Shown one piece after another: positions 32,969-46,357 of a stretch of 64,000 bases of DNA (position 1 is its first letter; every line of letters begins with the position of its first letter). The DNA is from Tubulanus polymorphus. Taxonomy: Eukaryota; Animalia; Nemertea. Under the pieces are notes generated by a model. The model saw only the letters and a program-made list of their open reading frames with translations. It was not told where the DNA came from and made no database searches. The stretch lies in contig NC_134029.1 in the NCBI RefSeq assembly GCF_964204645.1, forward strand, positions 2,852,001 to 2,916,000, written 5' to 3'. Both the position numbers and the translations under genes were made by a program.

Positions 32969-35900
32969 ATGTGGTGCGTTTCGTATGCCATCGTTTTTGC
33001 TTCGATCATTTGTTTTCATCAAGGTTAGTATCAGTTTTCTTCTCGTATCATCGTTTGGTTGTTCCATTTTTCATAATCATCACATGAAAACCATTAATAA
33101 TATAACACGATCATTTCTTATCTATGGGAAAAGACGACGACTTATTGTTGCTAATTTGCCACGAGGATGCAGTTGTTGGACCATGCATAGGCCACTTTGA
33201 TACCAAGGTCTATTGTCCACGCAGATTGAAGGTTCACCATTCGATATACCTCGAGTTTATTAGGTTGAAACCCATGGGAAAAAAATTAAGTAACTAATTA
33301 CAGCTCGTAATTTGAAATAGACAATACCGAAGTCCTCAGTTTAAAAACAAATTCTTATCTCGTGATTCTTAATTCAAACCAAAAACTGTGCAACGGTTTT
33401 TTAGTTTTTGAGCGAAATAAAACAGAGGGAATTTAGAAGGTACCGGTATCAAATAACGACTAAATCTGAAACAAGGTGAACGAATTACGTTCTCGTTTTG
33501 GGCATCGATTTATCGTTTGAATATATGATGAACTGGCCCGCGGTATAGATGTATTTTCGAAGGAATATTTGCAGTATTTTCAGTAGCTGAGGGATTTCTA
33601 ATGCGAAATAGCAGTAATATAAGTGGACGTGTAGGCGACAGCGGTGTTAAACGAACGTGCAAGAAAGGAACTTTCCCCTGTAATAGAATTACCGAATGTA
33701 TCCCACAAAGAATGATTTGCGATGGTCGATTTGATTGCGAAGACGGTTCAGACGAGACTAACTGCGGTAAGAACAACAGTTGTATGCTTCATTATGCCGC
33801 ATTTCGTTTAAACTGTAAAGATCGATATCATTCTGGACAAACATATATATTTTCAACAAACTCTGGACTGCTGAACCCTGTACCCCTGTTAGACCATTGC
33901 GCCACGATTGCATGATTATCATATCATACTTTTGGGTGACTTGTAGGTAATCAGGAAAAAATATTGATTTTAAGAGTCGGATAAACAGTTCATATAATTG
34001 CTAACAAAAGAAACTAGCTCTATAGAACTTGGTCCACATCTGAATGTAGTGTTATCCATTTAAATGGTTATCTCTAGAGCTCATCAATAATCTGAAGATT
34101 GTATCGATTTATACACAAGCGCTGTAACTATAATCATCATCCGATCCCTTCCTGACTCCCGTAGCTCACTTACAGAACTGTCGAGTTTTAAGGTCATTGG
34201 TGATTTATCACCATCCGATAAAAAAAACCTTACACGATTATTTACAATCAAACTAAGAACTCACAGGGCCATTTCCGAGAAAGATCGATTGATCGTTAAT
34301 TAACATCGGTGGTGACAAAATTCCAAATTCTAAGATGAATATTCGTTTGACAACCGTTGAAACCCCTTTCAGCGACTGACCTGCTGAACCCTATACCCCC
34401 TTGTATTCTAAAGGCGGGCGTAGGTCGGCCTTGCGACGGCTTGCGACTCACTGCGACGCGATCCACTGCGACCGCCAGCGACGATCGCGTCGCAACGACT
34501 CACCGACCAACGCTACGTACCTTGCGACTGCCAGCGACGGGTTACGACTGGCAGCGAGTCGCACATGTTCTACTTTCTGCGACGCGACGCGACCGTCGCA
34601 ACCGACCTACGCGCTCTTGCCACTGGGAGCAACTAGTCGCACACAGTCGCTGGAAATCTCATCGCAACCGACTTATTTGTGACGCAACGCGAAGATCGCG
34701 TCGCGTCGCGAGGTCGACCTACGCCCGGCTTAAGACCCCTATGATTATCAAACATATACATTACATTTCTGGGTGACTTGTAGGTGATCAGTACGATCTG
34801 GACTATTGGAACAGACGCTTCGAAAAACGACCTGATTCGGATAGAAATGAAGAACTCGGAGGTTGCTGTAAGTCCAATTCTGATTTACAATCTGAATTTG
34901 AATTGATCGAGGCAATCACTGTTACATGTGACTTGAATGTTCCCATTTACTTTCATCAAACTCGGACAGGTTTTCCAGCGCATCACCAGCAAGGTGCGCG
35001 ACGAGCTTTTGCAACTCAATGAGTTCCTTTCCGTTGAATTTTGATTGCCTCCAAAGCTGATACTTATTCTAGATTTTGAGCTATATTTCTTTGAGAGAGA
35101 CATACGTCTTATTGGCATAATTCTTCGGTCTGATCACTGAATACATAAACTGTGGGAGAGTGCACTGTACAAGAATAGTAATCACATTGCTATAAAACCA
35201 ACAAATCCCTACCACCAAACACCATACCGTCCCAACGTTTCATCGCTACCGGAACATTATATTTATCATCTATACACCCTACCATCGAGTGTTCTGCAAA
35301 TTGCTGCTTTTACGTTCTCTTGAGACGTGTTTTAGGTCTTGTCAAGTTCCAGCGCTTTGATCTAATACTACTCTGTATTTTCTTGCAGTGTTGGATCCTA
35401 TTCCGTCGGGGTGTACCTGCAAACAGACGCGATTATACTGCTTTGGTTTGAATCTTCGCGACGTTCCGTCTGATATTCCCGCAGCTACGACTGTCCTGTA
35501 AGCAAACCGTTCTCTTCTCGTCTGTCAGTACTTTGAACGAGTGGATTGTAGACCAAAAAATAATTATACTTTATCAAAGCAAAACGTATGTTTTTTATCA
35601 GAATGATACGTGTGTTCGATCAAACGATATCCATGTAAATTCAGGTACTAGTTACCGTTGAATCCGGTGCTTAGTCCAATTATTCCTCAAAATGTCTGTC
35701 ATTTTTGTGGTTACTTAAAGTTTATTTCACTAAATTTCTACAACAGATCCTCGTACAGAAATATTCACGGATTTCTCGTCCCAGTAAAAGATATATATAA
35801 AAATTCACAACATAGTTACACATTTGGAACTGATAGAATATTTCGAAAAGAAATTCTTTCTGTTCCGTGGGGATCGGTAAGAATACAGTAATAGTGGTTG

Positions 35901-38900
35901 GGAGCGTGAACACTGCAAATACAAGTGAAACTGTTACAAGCATTATTGTCGTACGTTTTGCTTTCGTAGTTTTCTTATCAGACGAGACCATTTCAGAACC
36001 CCTGAATAACTGAAGTATTATAACAGAATTTGATGTGATAATCAAACATAAAGGTATAATATAAACGTGGATAACAACCGTCATGAAAAATATAGATTGT
36101 TGATATATCTCATAATAGCATCTGAACAACTGGTCCGAAAAATGCATTATTACCACTGAGGGAATACCTATTATCAATGCGTTTACTATGAACATAATAA
36201 CAATGACACATCGAACAAATTTAGGTGTACATATCAAACGAGATGTGAACGGGAAGAGAACAACTGCCGCACGTTCTAGAGATATCGCTACTATTAACCA
36301 CGAACTGCAACCGGCCATAGTTAGCATCACAAATTCATAAATTTGACAACTAATCAGGGAATTAATCGCAAGACCGATGTCTAGACGCCGAAGAACAAAC
36401 TGTAAAACTGGCATCAGGGTAAAATTGATACAAAACACAAAATCGCTGACTGACAAAACGATAAGATAGTTTGCGTAAGATGAATTGCGAAATCTGCGAC
36501 TAATCATTATCATAAACGTAGCAGAATTTCCAAAGGCTCCGAACACGAGCAAAACAGGTAGAATGACCATTGACAGTGTACGATAGAATCCAGACTTATT
36601 TTCCACAGACATGAGGACCATGTAACTGTTGTAAGAAGGACCGATCTGAATGTGAGTAAGATTCATGCTTCACTAGAAAAAACTCGTCTTTTCTCGTGTT
36701 TTGGCTTAATTCGCAGGATATGATTATAAAGTCTCATCTTAGACAGGCATTCATCTTTTGAAATAGTCTGAACTGAAAACTATTTGTCTTTGATAATTAA
36801 CAAATCAATTCACAGCACAACTCTCTAACGCAATATTAGATGTGTATTGTGTATCATTCAATTATTGTACGGTATAGTAAGTATTTTAGAATGATATAAT
36901 CTAATGAAAATTCGATAAAAGATTCACACTGAATCAGCATCAACGGTAGAATACGGTAGTAAACGGACAATAGATCGACAAAAATGACAATTAACGTGAC
37001 TTGAACGTTAACTGTCGCACGCTCTTAAGATCACATGAGCGTTTTTGGCCGGGACCAACTTTGGCCCGAGCCAGATTAGGCCCGTGCTCATCGTTCACTT
37101 TGCTCCCAATGGTGCCAAATGTGCCTGTTTGGCACGGACCAGATTAACCCCGACTAAAGAGATTCGTGTCAAGTTTAGCATGGGTCAAGTTATTCCGTGT
37201 AAATGTTAATTGGTTTTGGAAGTGAGTCAACTCGCTCCCCACAGCGTCGTTTAGATAACCAATGAGAGGTTACCCCGAAAATACGCTCGAAATTAAGCAC
37301 GGGCCAAATTCGACTCGCGTCTGGTTCAGACCAATTTGACCCGGGATAGATAGCCTGTGTGAACGCGGTTTGTAGCTACTATTAGCTAGTGGCACCCATT
37401 GAAAATATCAACAACGTTTTAATTGTTGCGCAGATCTTTCTCTCGACCGAAGTTCATGTTATAAGAACAGCAGGTGTTTTTTATGATCATTTGAATGATT
37501 TGGCGGCGTTCGCTATTGATTTCACAGTGACACTAATGAAGGAACATAATACTTAACGGTTCCGTGCGGGAAAAACGCATCATAAAACTCTAAATCATCT
37601 CGCAGCTACGGGTTATCTTTTCATGGTATGATATCGGTATAACAATATGATTCATGTGATAGGAGACGAGGGTCTGCGGCTTCAAAGTCGTTTGATATTA
37701 TTTACAAAATGTCAGCGAAAGCAATATGCGTCATTCTGGAAGAAAAGGGACTATTTTTCCATAAAATCTAGGCTTAAAATGTAGAATGAGATGCCATGTA
37801 GATGTCTATCTCACACATTGATGTGAACAGCTAATCCAAAAAAAGCCAAACTTTAACCATGACCTTCAGTTGGTATATCTTCACATCTTCTAAGAAACAT
37901 CTATTCTCGTTTCGATGATCAAACAGATCTCGGTGGTTTATAATCCGACATTTCGACTTTTCTTTCCAGAGATTTGTCAAACAACTATATCTCGCAATTG
38001 CGCACTCGTCACTTCCGCCACCTGATTAATTTAGAGAAATTGTAAGTTGAATTTAAATTGCACGTCGTGTCGAACTACTGTCGAAGCACGAGGTAAAAAA
38101 AGGCAGAATTTGATGAATACGAATAAAATTAAAGTGACAAGACCTGTGAGGCTCGTACTGAATTAATGGTTACCGGGTTTCTCTTTCCGTGGCGTGTTTT
38201 ATAGGTTTGTAACGGCGAATGGTTTACGTGCGATCGAATCGTTAACGTTCGAGAACAACTCGAAGTTGAAACAACTGTAAGTTGTTCGTATGTTAGAATT
38301 TATTCAAATATCGAGAATTTGAAAAACTAGAAATTACCGTGTATATAGTCATAGTTTTCAATTCGATAAGAAAACTAATTAGATAAAAAATACCAACGAT
38401 AAAATTCTTTATCCAACAAAATGTATTGAAATAAAACCACGACGTTTATTGAAAATATTTCAATAGATTGTTTGATAGATAGAAAATTTAATCGTGGGAT
38501 TTTTTCATTTATCTTCAGTTGACACGGATTAGAATGTTTTATTCGACAAAGCCGACAACTATTGACGACACTAAATCTGTTTCACTGATGTTTCGGATGA
38601 AATTCGCATCTTCACAGATTTATTTGAAATGATTAAACTTTGAATATAAATTCAGATAAGTCTCTGAAGATGGTTAGATGTATTCTACTTTAAACCTCAG
38701 TGTAACAGATTTCTAGTCGTTGATCGTCAATAGTGTGGGTTTTTCTGTGTGACTATAATCCAAATTGATTACAACATAAAGTCTTCTCATACATCTAACT
38801 TACTTTCAGAGTTTTGTTCGCGAATAAACTACAGAGATTCGAAAATTGTACATTCTGCGGAAAACACAAACTATCTGAGCTGTAAGTTACCAATTCTATC

Positions 38901-41900
38901 GTTTGTTAATTTTGCAAAAGTGTTTCAATGAAATTCTTAACATTTTCATGAGTGAAACTTGCCTCGAACTGGTGGGACGGAAGAAGATATGACAGTTAGT
39001 TCTTATCAGGCGATAAAAATGATATCGGTTTAGCCTTGGATTGATTGACCAATCAATCATTCAGTTAAAGGATTACTTCTTTCAAGGTTTAACATGGCAA
39101 CTTTACCCAGAGAAAGCGCAGTGAGCACGGAGAGCGATAGGGTTGTTATGTACATTATTATTCCAAAAGAACGGTCGTATCAATGGAACTTACATGTAAT
39201 CAATTAAAACCGTAGGTTTTGTTATTCGTAAAGTGTCCGCACCGGAAACCAATATCCTCTTAATTCCCAGCTCTTACTCACATATCTACCGCACGGATCT
39301 CTATGTTCCGGCTGTACACGCTGTGCTTTATCATGATAATTGTTTGGGGATCCGGTGATAAACCAGGACAAGAAAAAAGGGTCGTTTGTACCTGAGCTTA
39401 ATGCCGGAATGTAATGTAATGTAATAAGTCACATGTTTGTTGCATTTGACCGATTTTGGAAATTTCGGTGTCAATATCTATAATGATGATTATACGACTA
39501 ATTAGGCAGGTATCGATTGGACAGATTCTAGAATTCTCCGCTGATGCGTTCATTTCGACCAGAACACACTTTACCTACCTATTCCGGCCGGTAGAGAGTT
39601 GATAATCCGGAATTGATATTCCTAACGTTCACCTGCTTTGGTTTCCTCGATGGGTTTGAATATTTAGTTTTTTCCCGGATACCCTTTAAGGTGCCCGTTA
39701 CATAGCCGTTTCACTCTCTTTTTACGAATTTGCAACCGTGTTTTTCTTTTTACAGAGATTTGACAAAGAACTATTTCATATCGATCGAAAAAAATATGTT
39801 CGACGGTTTGAACGAACTTCAAATATTGTACGTATTTCGAGACACAGATCCAGATATGCTTTTCCTCAATAATTTCCCTTGAAAATCAATCTGAATATCA
39901 CAAAATGCCCGCAGTTATATTTAAATCTTAACGTTATGGAGCTCAAATTCAAAACGGCGTAATTTGAAACTCGTAGATAATGAAACATGGCGCTTCTTTG
40001 TGTTGTATGTTTTGTAATTCAGGAAGATCGAGAATAACGGAATCCGTGAAATTGACGGAGTAGCGTTTAAACCATTAAAATCATTGCGTTATTTGTGAGT
40101 ATATATAATGATGTCTCGTAAAGTCAAGGTTTGATGGTTTGAGTCAACCGTTGCAGAAATAATCTAGAAATAATCAGTCCGTGTATTAATGTTATTTTTG
40201 CACAAATCCGCTCGTCGTTCAATTACATGTTGGATTTGTGAAATAGTCGTCAGAGAGCTCCAATGTACACCGTTTATATGGTGATTGCGTTGTTCAGATC
40301 CACCCCATCTTTTGACATTATTTAAATGACGCTGAGGCTTATTTCTAAGATGTCTCGTTTACTGTAAATCACCTCTATTTCTGGTATAATGGCGGTGAAC
40401 ACACACGGCTTCTGTCGCGTCATTAATACTTGCTCAGCAGGTTATATTACCAGCAATGTACCAGCAATCCTCAACCACCTCGATAACAATTAACAAAACA
40501 CATAAAGACATCACAGTCAGTCAGCTGCAATCCTGTCTCCTCAATTGGGAATAGTCCTTAAAGACTTGTCATTAATTCTAATCTAACGATAAAATCCCTT
40601 TGATAGGTTAACTTAAATGTTAAAATAGTTACGGCGAATCGGTCAACAACAAATTTAGGTAGAAGTTTATCATGGTAAGATATAAGAAATGGCCTTAAAA
40701 CGTTCGTTCTAAAGTCTTCTGGTACCATCGTTTGACTCGAAGGTCAAGGCTACGAATTACCCGTCCTTGATGCCACAAACCCGTCAGAAACATGGCGATA
40801 TTTTTCTCTATACTGTACGAATTTGTTTTCAGATATCTCGGGTTTAATTTCATCGAAAGGATTACGTTGTATTCATTCGTTTATCTGACACAACTTCACT
40901 CACTGTAAGCATTAAATAATATGACCAATGCATTCTACAAAAATAATCTTTCAGTGAAAACCTCGCACAGCATAAAGAACGAGTCACTCCAAATTTTATC
41001 AATTCACAAATAGAATCAATGTTTTATGTGTTTTCTTCTGATAGATATTTGGATAGCAATCGAATACGTTCTATATCCGATGGTGCATTACGTCATCAAA
41101 AACGGCTGCGCATTCTGTAAGTCAAGAAATGGTTCGATCAGTCGCCAACGCTTGCTTGTCCCTCTCATTCGGCTCGCTTGATACGGCCCTTGCAGTAAAT
41201 AAGGCGTTGTTCCCGACTGCCTCTCTATACAAACCAAAATATCGACATAACGTTTGAAATTGTCTCTTTTCTATCTGGCTTATCAATGAAAGGTTATATT
41301 AATCCTTTGCGTTGGGTATTTGAGTTAAAACAGCTACATCTTTTCCTGCTACGAATATTAACAATATCCAACAATCCTCTTGACGACTGGTGAGGGAAAG
41401 GCAGCGTCTAAGTAGATAATAGCTTTGACAATAACTTTGATCCATCATCTGACCGAATCGCATAAATTCCATGATCCATTTCAGTGATACGTGTGGTCGC
41501 CATAGTTTCTATAATGTGTACCAATTCACAGGAGGCAATAAAAAAAAGCTAAAAAATGTATCATGCTTATTTTCTATTGATTTATTCTTTAAATGATAGA
41601 GGCCTGGCAAATAACAAACTGACAAAAATCAGAGCAAATTCGTTTACTGGATTGGTCAATATCAGGAATATGTGAGTATCGATTGTTGAGAAACTATTTC
41701 GTTTAAAACTAACTGAATACGTGTAAATATGTTTCTAATTGATAGGAATTTATGGAAAAATTCAATTAGAGACATTGAATCCGGTGCATTCAACGAAACA
41801 GTTTCATTAGTCACGCTGTAAGTTAAGATGCTTTACTGTGCTAAGTATGGTGGCTGATTCGGGCCACGTTGGAAAAAATGTAACATTCAAGCCCCAGTTA

Positions 41901-44900
41901 AACAGTTTTCACTTTTCGCCACTTTGTAAAATGGAAAAAATTTGTGGCGATCGAATGTCATGTTATTATTTTAAATATGGCCCGAATTATCCACCACAGT
42001 ATGCCTACGCTTTACTATAACGTATAAGCATTGGTGAAATTGAAATCTTAAAAAATCTAAGCATCCTTAGTTCAACGGTACATGTATAATCTAAAGCTCC
42101 AGTGATAATCATTCTACAATTATGTATATTCAAGTGCTGTACGTTATAAATGATAAACTCCTAAAATATCGCCACAACGTATGGTCATTAAATGTCAATT
42201 ATTCTTCCCATTATTTTTTCCCGTCGACAGAACTCTGCAAGATAATTACATCAGATCTTTGCCCTACGGTTTGTTCAGCTGCTGTAAAAACCTCACTTAT
42301 ATGTAAGTAATCGATAACTGGTAATACCATGTTCCTCGTATCATTCTTATAAACGAGTATTTATAGACTTATACTTATCAAAACATACTTCAGGTCACGA
42401 TTGCGCACACCAGTTATCATTTAAGTAAGGTCTAATACCTTCTTAAAAACACTGAAATGTTGTAGATTTATTCTAAGACGATTAAGATTGAAATAGGAAT
42501 TCTTCGACTCATGATGATCACATTGATTTGTAGACTGACATTTTCAGGGCGCCACCGCACCTTGTTCTAGTATCGCCCGCACAAGGAAATGTACACGATG
42601 CGGGATCAGCAACACCGTGTCTGTTGTAATTCGTGCCGCAGTAGCAAAATACGCCCATCAATCCACTATAAGGCTTACCTGAAAACATAAGCTGCCAAGA
42701 TTCGAAAACAATTGAAAGTTTGAATAGACTGAGTTTCTCTTTTTTATTTATTCATCAATTTCTTCATGTGAATAGTTATATTACCTTTGCCTCGACACAC
42801 TCCCATGCAATATTTCGGTGAAATGGCACTGTTAGACAATCTCAATTCTAAACCCCTTTCACTAGCTGGCATATCTATGTTATTGTAACATCCGACATAA
42901 CGAACTGAAAACCAAATAGCAAACCATCTGCTTTTATACCTTGTAGGCGTTACAAGAAATTTGCAAGTTTTTAACTTGCATATGATTACAAAAATGAGAA
43001 AGGTTCGTTTGAATTGATATATTAAAACTTGCAAGGATTCGTGTTAATCAGCCAATTGAATTATTTGGCAGTTTATAATAGTTAGAATAGATACTTTTTT
43101 AGTGATTTCTGATTTTCTGAGGGGTAGTCAAATGTGTATTGCCAAAATAGTAAATCTTTCCAGCGACACACACTTACCCTTAGCCCATACTATCCTCGTT
43201 GTAGTTGATGGATCCGGAATGTCATATTTTTCATTCTGGGTGAAGCCACTGTACAGCGAACACAGGTTTGCTGCAGGATTCGAACAGTTCTGCATTTTAT
43301 CAAATGTAAAACCGTCACATTTCGGCTCAAGGTCACACGTCATTGCGCACACCATCCAGTCGGATGTTTTGATGATCGAAATTGGTTTAAAGTAGTCTGC
43401 AATCGCCTGCAATTTATACTCACTCGAAACGGAAGAGCTGTCGATGCCTTCGGACAAAGACAGCACCACCAGAACTAAACCAATACCGGATACAAACATT
43501 CTATGTATATCTTTAATGTGAATCTGTGCGCAGATTTCAAACCTAGAATGATAAGATTCATCATTCCTAGAATGATTCTGGTTCATTTTCGATCATCAAA
43601 CCGTTGTGATATGGAATGGAATTCGTAAAGATGCACGAACAGATAGAAAGCAATAAACAGGACACTTAAGTTGTCCAAATAAATGTATATGGTTCGTCTC
43701 ACAGAATGTTGATCTTTTGATTTTATCTACTTACTGAATATAATGGTCCTTTCTGTAAGGTGCGTTTCAAACTACGGAGGCTACTGTTTCCAACAACCCA
43801 TTCTCTTCCAAACTAATTCAGGAAAATAAAATATGCATACAGAAGCAATTGAAAACGTGACCGCATAAAAGACAACCAAAAAGCTAATAAAAAAATCGAT
43901 GCAGTAGATTTTTTTTTCATTTTCAATTATCTCTAAACATCAGTCAAATGAAGTCATGCTCAAACATTGGAAATTATTATAAAAACTATAATTTTCTTTT
44001 GCAGCTATTTCGACGATTTCAATCTGTGCGTCTACGCGCTGCAGGTTCGGGTATGTGATCCAAAAGGCGATGGTTTATCGAGCTACGAGAATCTACTTGC
44101 GAACATATTCCTGCGTGTCAGCGTTTGGATTGTCGCCATATTGGCTTGTTTCGGGAATCTGACAGTTTTACTCAGTCGTTTCTTCGAGAAAGAGACGAAT
44201 AAAATGCATTCCTTGTTTATCAAAAATCTCGCCTTTGCCGACATGTTGATGGGAGTATATTTGTTGATAATAGCTATTTACGATGTGAAATATCGCAGTA
44301 ACTATATCGTACATGAACACGAATGGCGACATAGCTGGCAATGTCACCTTTGCGGAGTGATATCGACCTTGAGTTCAGAGGTCAGCGTGTTGATACTGTC
44401 AGTGATCACGTGTGATCGTTACGTCTGTATAATGTGCCCGTTGAATCTGTATAAACGTTCTCGTAAACTCGCCTATACGATCGCATTTTCGATTTGGTTT
44501 ATAAGTTTATTTCTGGCTGTCGTACCCGTGTTCGGGATTCCATATTTCGGAAATATCTACTACAATCGGAACGGAGCTTGTTTACCCTTACATATTCACG
44601 AACCGTTCGGAAGAGGTTGGGAATATTCGGCGTTCGTTTATATCGGTATCAATTCTATTGTAGTTCTGTTCATATTCTACGCTTACGCCGCCATGTTCTA
44701 CGTCATCAAGAAATCAAACATTTCGCTTCGTTCATCACAAGTCCACCAGGAGGCGTCACTGGCACGGAGGTTTGCGTTCATCGTGTTTTCTGATACCGCC
44801 TGCTGGTTACCAATAATCCTCATCAAAATTGTAGCGCTCGCCGGTAAGACGATGCTTCATGTTTGGAAGGGGTCACATTGCCCATAGTCTTGACCCGTGT

Positions 44901-45906
44901 CGTGCAGTTGCTAGTTCAATTTACTAAGAAAGAACGACCGTGCGATGCGGCTAATTTTGCTCTTTGTAATTTGTGAAAACCTGGGTCTATCCTTTTTGGC
45001 AAAGCTAACCCCTATTGGGAGCCCTAAGTTGGGAACCTTAATGTTGTGTTCATCCAAATTTCAGACTTCACCGAGAGCAGGCACGAGGCTTCGCTAGCAA
45101 TTATTCATATTCTAATTGGTCATAGCGAATGAGGAGGTCATGGAATTAATGATTTAAAATCATATAATTTCATTACATGATATATATGTATTAATTGTAG
45201 GTGTTCATGTTGATAAGAATGTCCATGCTTGGGTCGCTGTATTCGTATTACCAGTAAACAGTGCTCTAAATCCAATCATTTACACTATAACCACCAAACA
45301 GTTTCAGGAACATTTGATTCTACGCGTCTATTATTTTTGCTGGAATTTGTTGCATCGTGATTCATACGATTCTCGCTCTAGTGATATGAGGACTAGGCGA
45401 GTTACAACACCACGGTTAGAGATTGCGCTGGTAAGTAACGCTTCGGCCGCACCGTCGCAAAGATTAATCAGTTGAAAAGCGCTGGCGTCAAAATGAGTTA
45501 TTCAAAAAATAAATCTTGGAATCTCGTATTCAATTCTTTATTTCATTGAGCTGTTAAACTAGTTTGTTGGAAATAATCCATATTTTGACATCCATTATGC
45601 TGCATTGAATTATCTACAAAAACATATTTCAATAAATTAAGAATCTTTATTGACTTTAGAACCTTAAGGACCGACCCCTTAAAAGCACCCATAGTCTTCT
45701 TCGTCACCGTTTCATCTGATTTTCAGGAATCTACCAGGAGAAAAGGGTTGATAATAGAACAGAAGCCGGTTCAAGAACCGATAATCCAGAAATGGTCGTT
45801 TTCGACAGGTTATGTGAAATGTTTGCACGAAATAAACGACTCCAAACATCATCGATCAAGCGAAACATCAGCCACTAAAAAACCAACCAAAAATATCTCA
45901 TCATAA
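32969..45906 (+). CDS. RXFP: Relaxin/insulin-like peptide receptor, LGR type C1 (RXFP1/2- or Lgr3/4-like)
   Basis: Signal exon 32969-33023 (MWCVSYAIVFASIICFHQ); LDLa exon 33584-33766 (CKKGTFPCNRITECIPQRMICDGRFDCEDGSDETNC); linker 34784-34867 (GDQYDLDYW); LRRNT 35389-35497; ten ~72-bp LRR exons (~37970, 38204, 38810, 39756, 40023, 40833, 41045, 41600, 41746, 42231); hinge + 7TM ~44004-44842 (CDPKGDGLSSYENLL, TCDRY, ACLPL, CWLP); TM7 exon 45201-45430 (LPVNSALNPIIY); last exon 45727-45906. Confidence 0.93.
34412..34730. mobile_element. PIF/Harbinger-type (Tourist-like) MITE, ~319 bp
   Basis: ~27-bp imperfect TIRs (aggcgggcgtaggtcggccttgcgacg / cgtcgcgaggtcgacctacgcccggct), TAA on both sides, GC-rich interior with many (t)cgcgac/gcgac subrepeats. 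It is absent from the paralogous sequence at 33864-33955. Confidence 0.85.
35722..36666 (-). CDS. Intronless rhodopsin-class peptide-receptor-like GPCR (FMRFamide/srw-like), nested antisense in an RXFP intron
   Basis: 314-aa ORF with 7 hydrophobic segments: GAFGN (TM1), LSVSD (TM2), SLERA (DRY equivalent), FTLP (TM6), NYVVNFYIY (TM7). Confidence 0.9.
   Translation of the reverse strand: MNLTHIQIGPSYNSYMVLMSVENKSGFYRTLSMVILPVLLVFGAFGNSATFMIMISRRFRNSSYANYLIVLSVSDFVFCINFTLMPVLQFVLRRLDIGLAINSLISCQIYEFVMLTMAGCSSWLIVAISLERAAVVLFPFTSRLICTPKFVRCVIVIMFIVNALIIGIPSVVIMHFSDQLFRCYYEIYQQSIFFMTVVIHVYIIPLCLIITSNSVIILQLFRGSEMVSSDKKTTKAKRTTIMLVTVSLVFAVFTLPTTITVFLPIPTEQKEFLFEIFYQFQMCNYVVNFYIYLLLGREIREYFCTRICCRNLVK
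37028..37372. mobile_element. Degenerate MITE / foldback element
   Basis: GC-rich island with inverted sub-repeats (ggcccgtgct / agcacgggcc; tcacatg ... gtgtgaacgcg). Confidence 0.5.
38559..38734. mobile_element. Degenerate inverted pair of Penelope-like hammerhead remnants
   Basis: Arms actattgacgacactaaatctgtttcactga / tcagtgtaacagatttctagtcgttgatcgtcaatagt, each preceded by a decayed (C)TGAAGA...(G)AAAC motif. The adjacent 38492-38545 resembles the tail of the 10721 element (gtgggatt...acacggat). Confidence 0.45.
42518..43499 (-). CDS. Secreted PAN/apple-like + WSC domain protein, copy A (nested antisense in an RXFP intron)
   Basis: Three in-frame exons: ~43178-43499 (MFVSGIGLVLVVLSLSEG signal; CAMTCDLEPKCDGFTF...LCSLY), ~42785-42905 (VRYVGCY...SPKYCMGVCRGK), 42518-42678 (YSGLMGVFCYCG...CTFPCAGDTRTRCGGALKMSVY, WSC signature). 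Confidence 0.82.
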
Positions 45907-46357
45907 CAACAACAAAATTGATTACAACAAGAAAAATGTTTTATAATTTTGTATAGTAAAGAATTTAGTCGTAAAAAATTTGCTTAAAATTCTGCTAACA
46001 TCCATTCTCGTAATAGACCTCAATGACCTCCTCTTTCTACCCTTGCTTGACGCCTGTTCTTACAAGCCTTATTTACATCTGTTTACATTATATATCTTAT
46101 CAATTGATGTTTGTCATGTTGATTCCTGCCTGAAAATCATAAAATGCTTCTTTCGTAAAAACTTGTTGTTTTGAATGATTGTTATTATCATCTTACTGTT
46201 GCGCAATAAAGAGAGCAAAAATGTGATAAATCTTTATGAGTTGTCGGAGTATGCCATTGAATATCGAACTAGAACATCATTTCATTATGGTTTCTTTAAG
46301 ACAATTCAGATTGAAATGAAAATTTCCTGCTCATTATGAATATGATAAAAAATGAAT

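Noticed and set aside
34357-34776. 139-aa Arg/Thr-rich ORF
   Set aside because: It lies across the GC-rich MITE and has no protein features.
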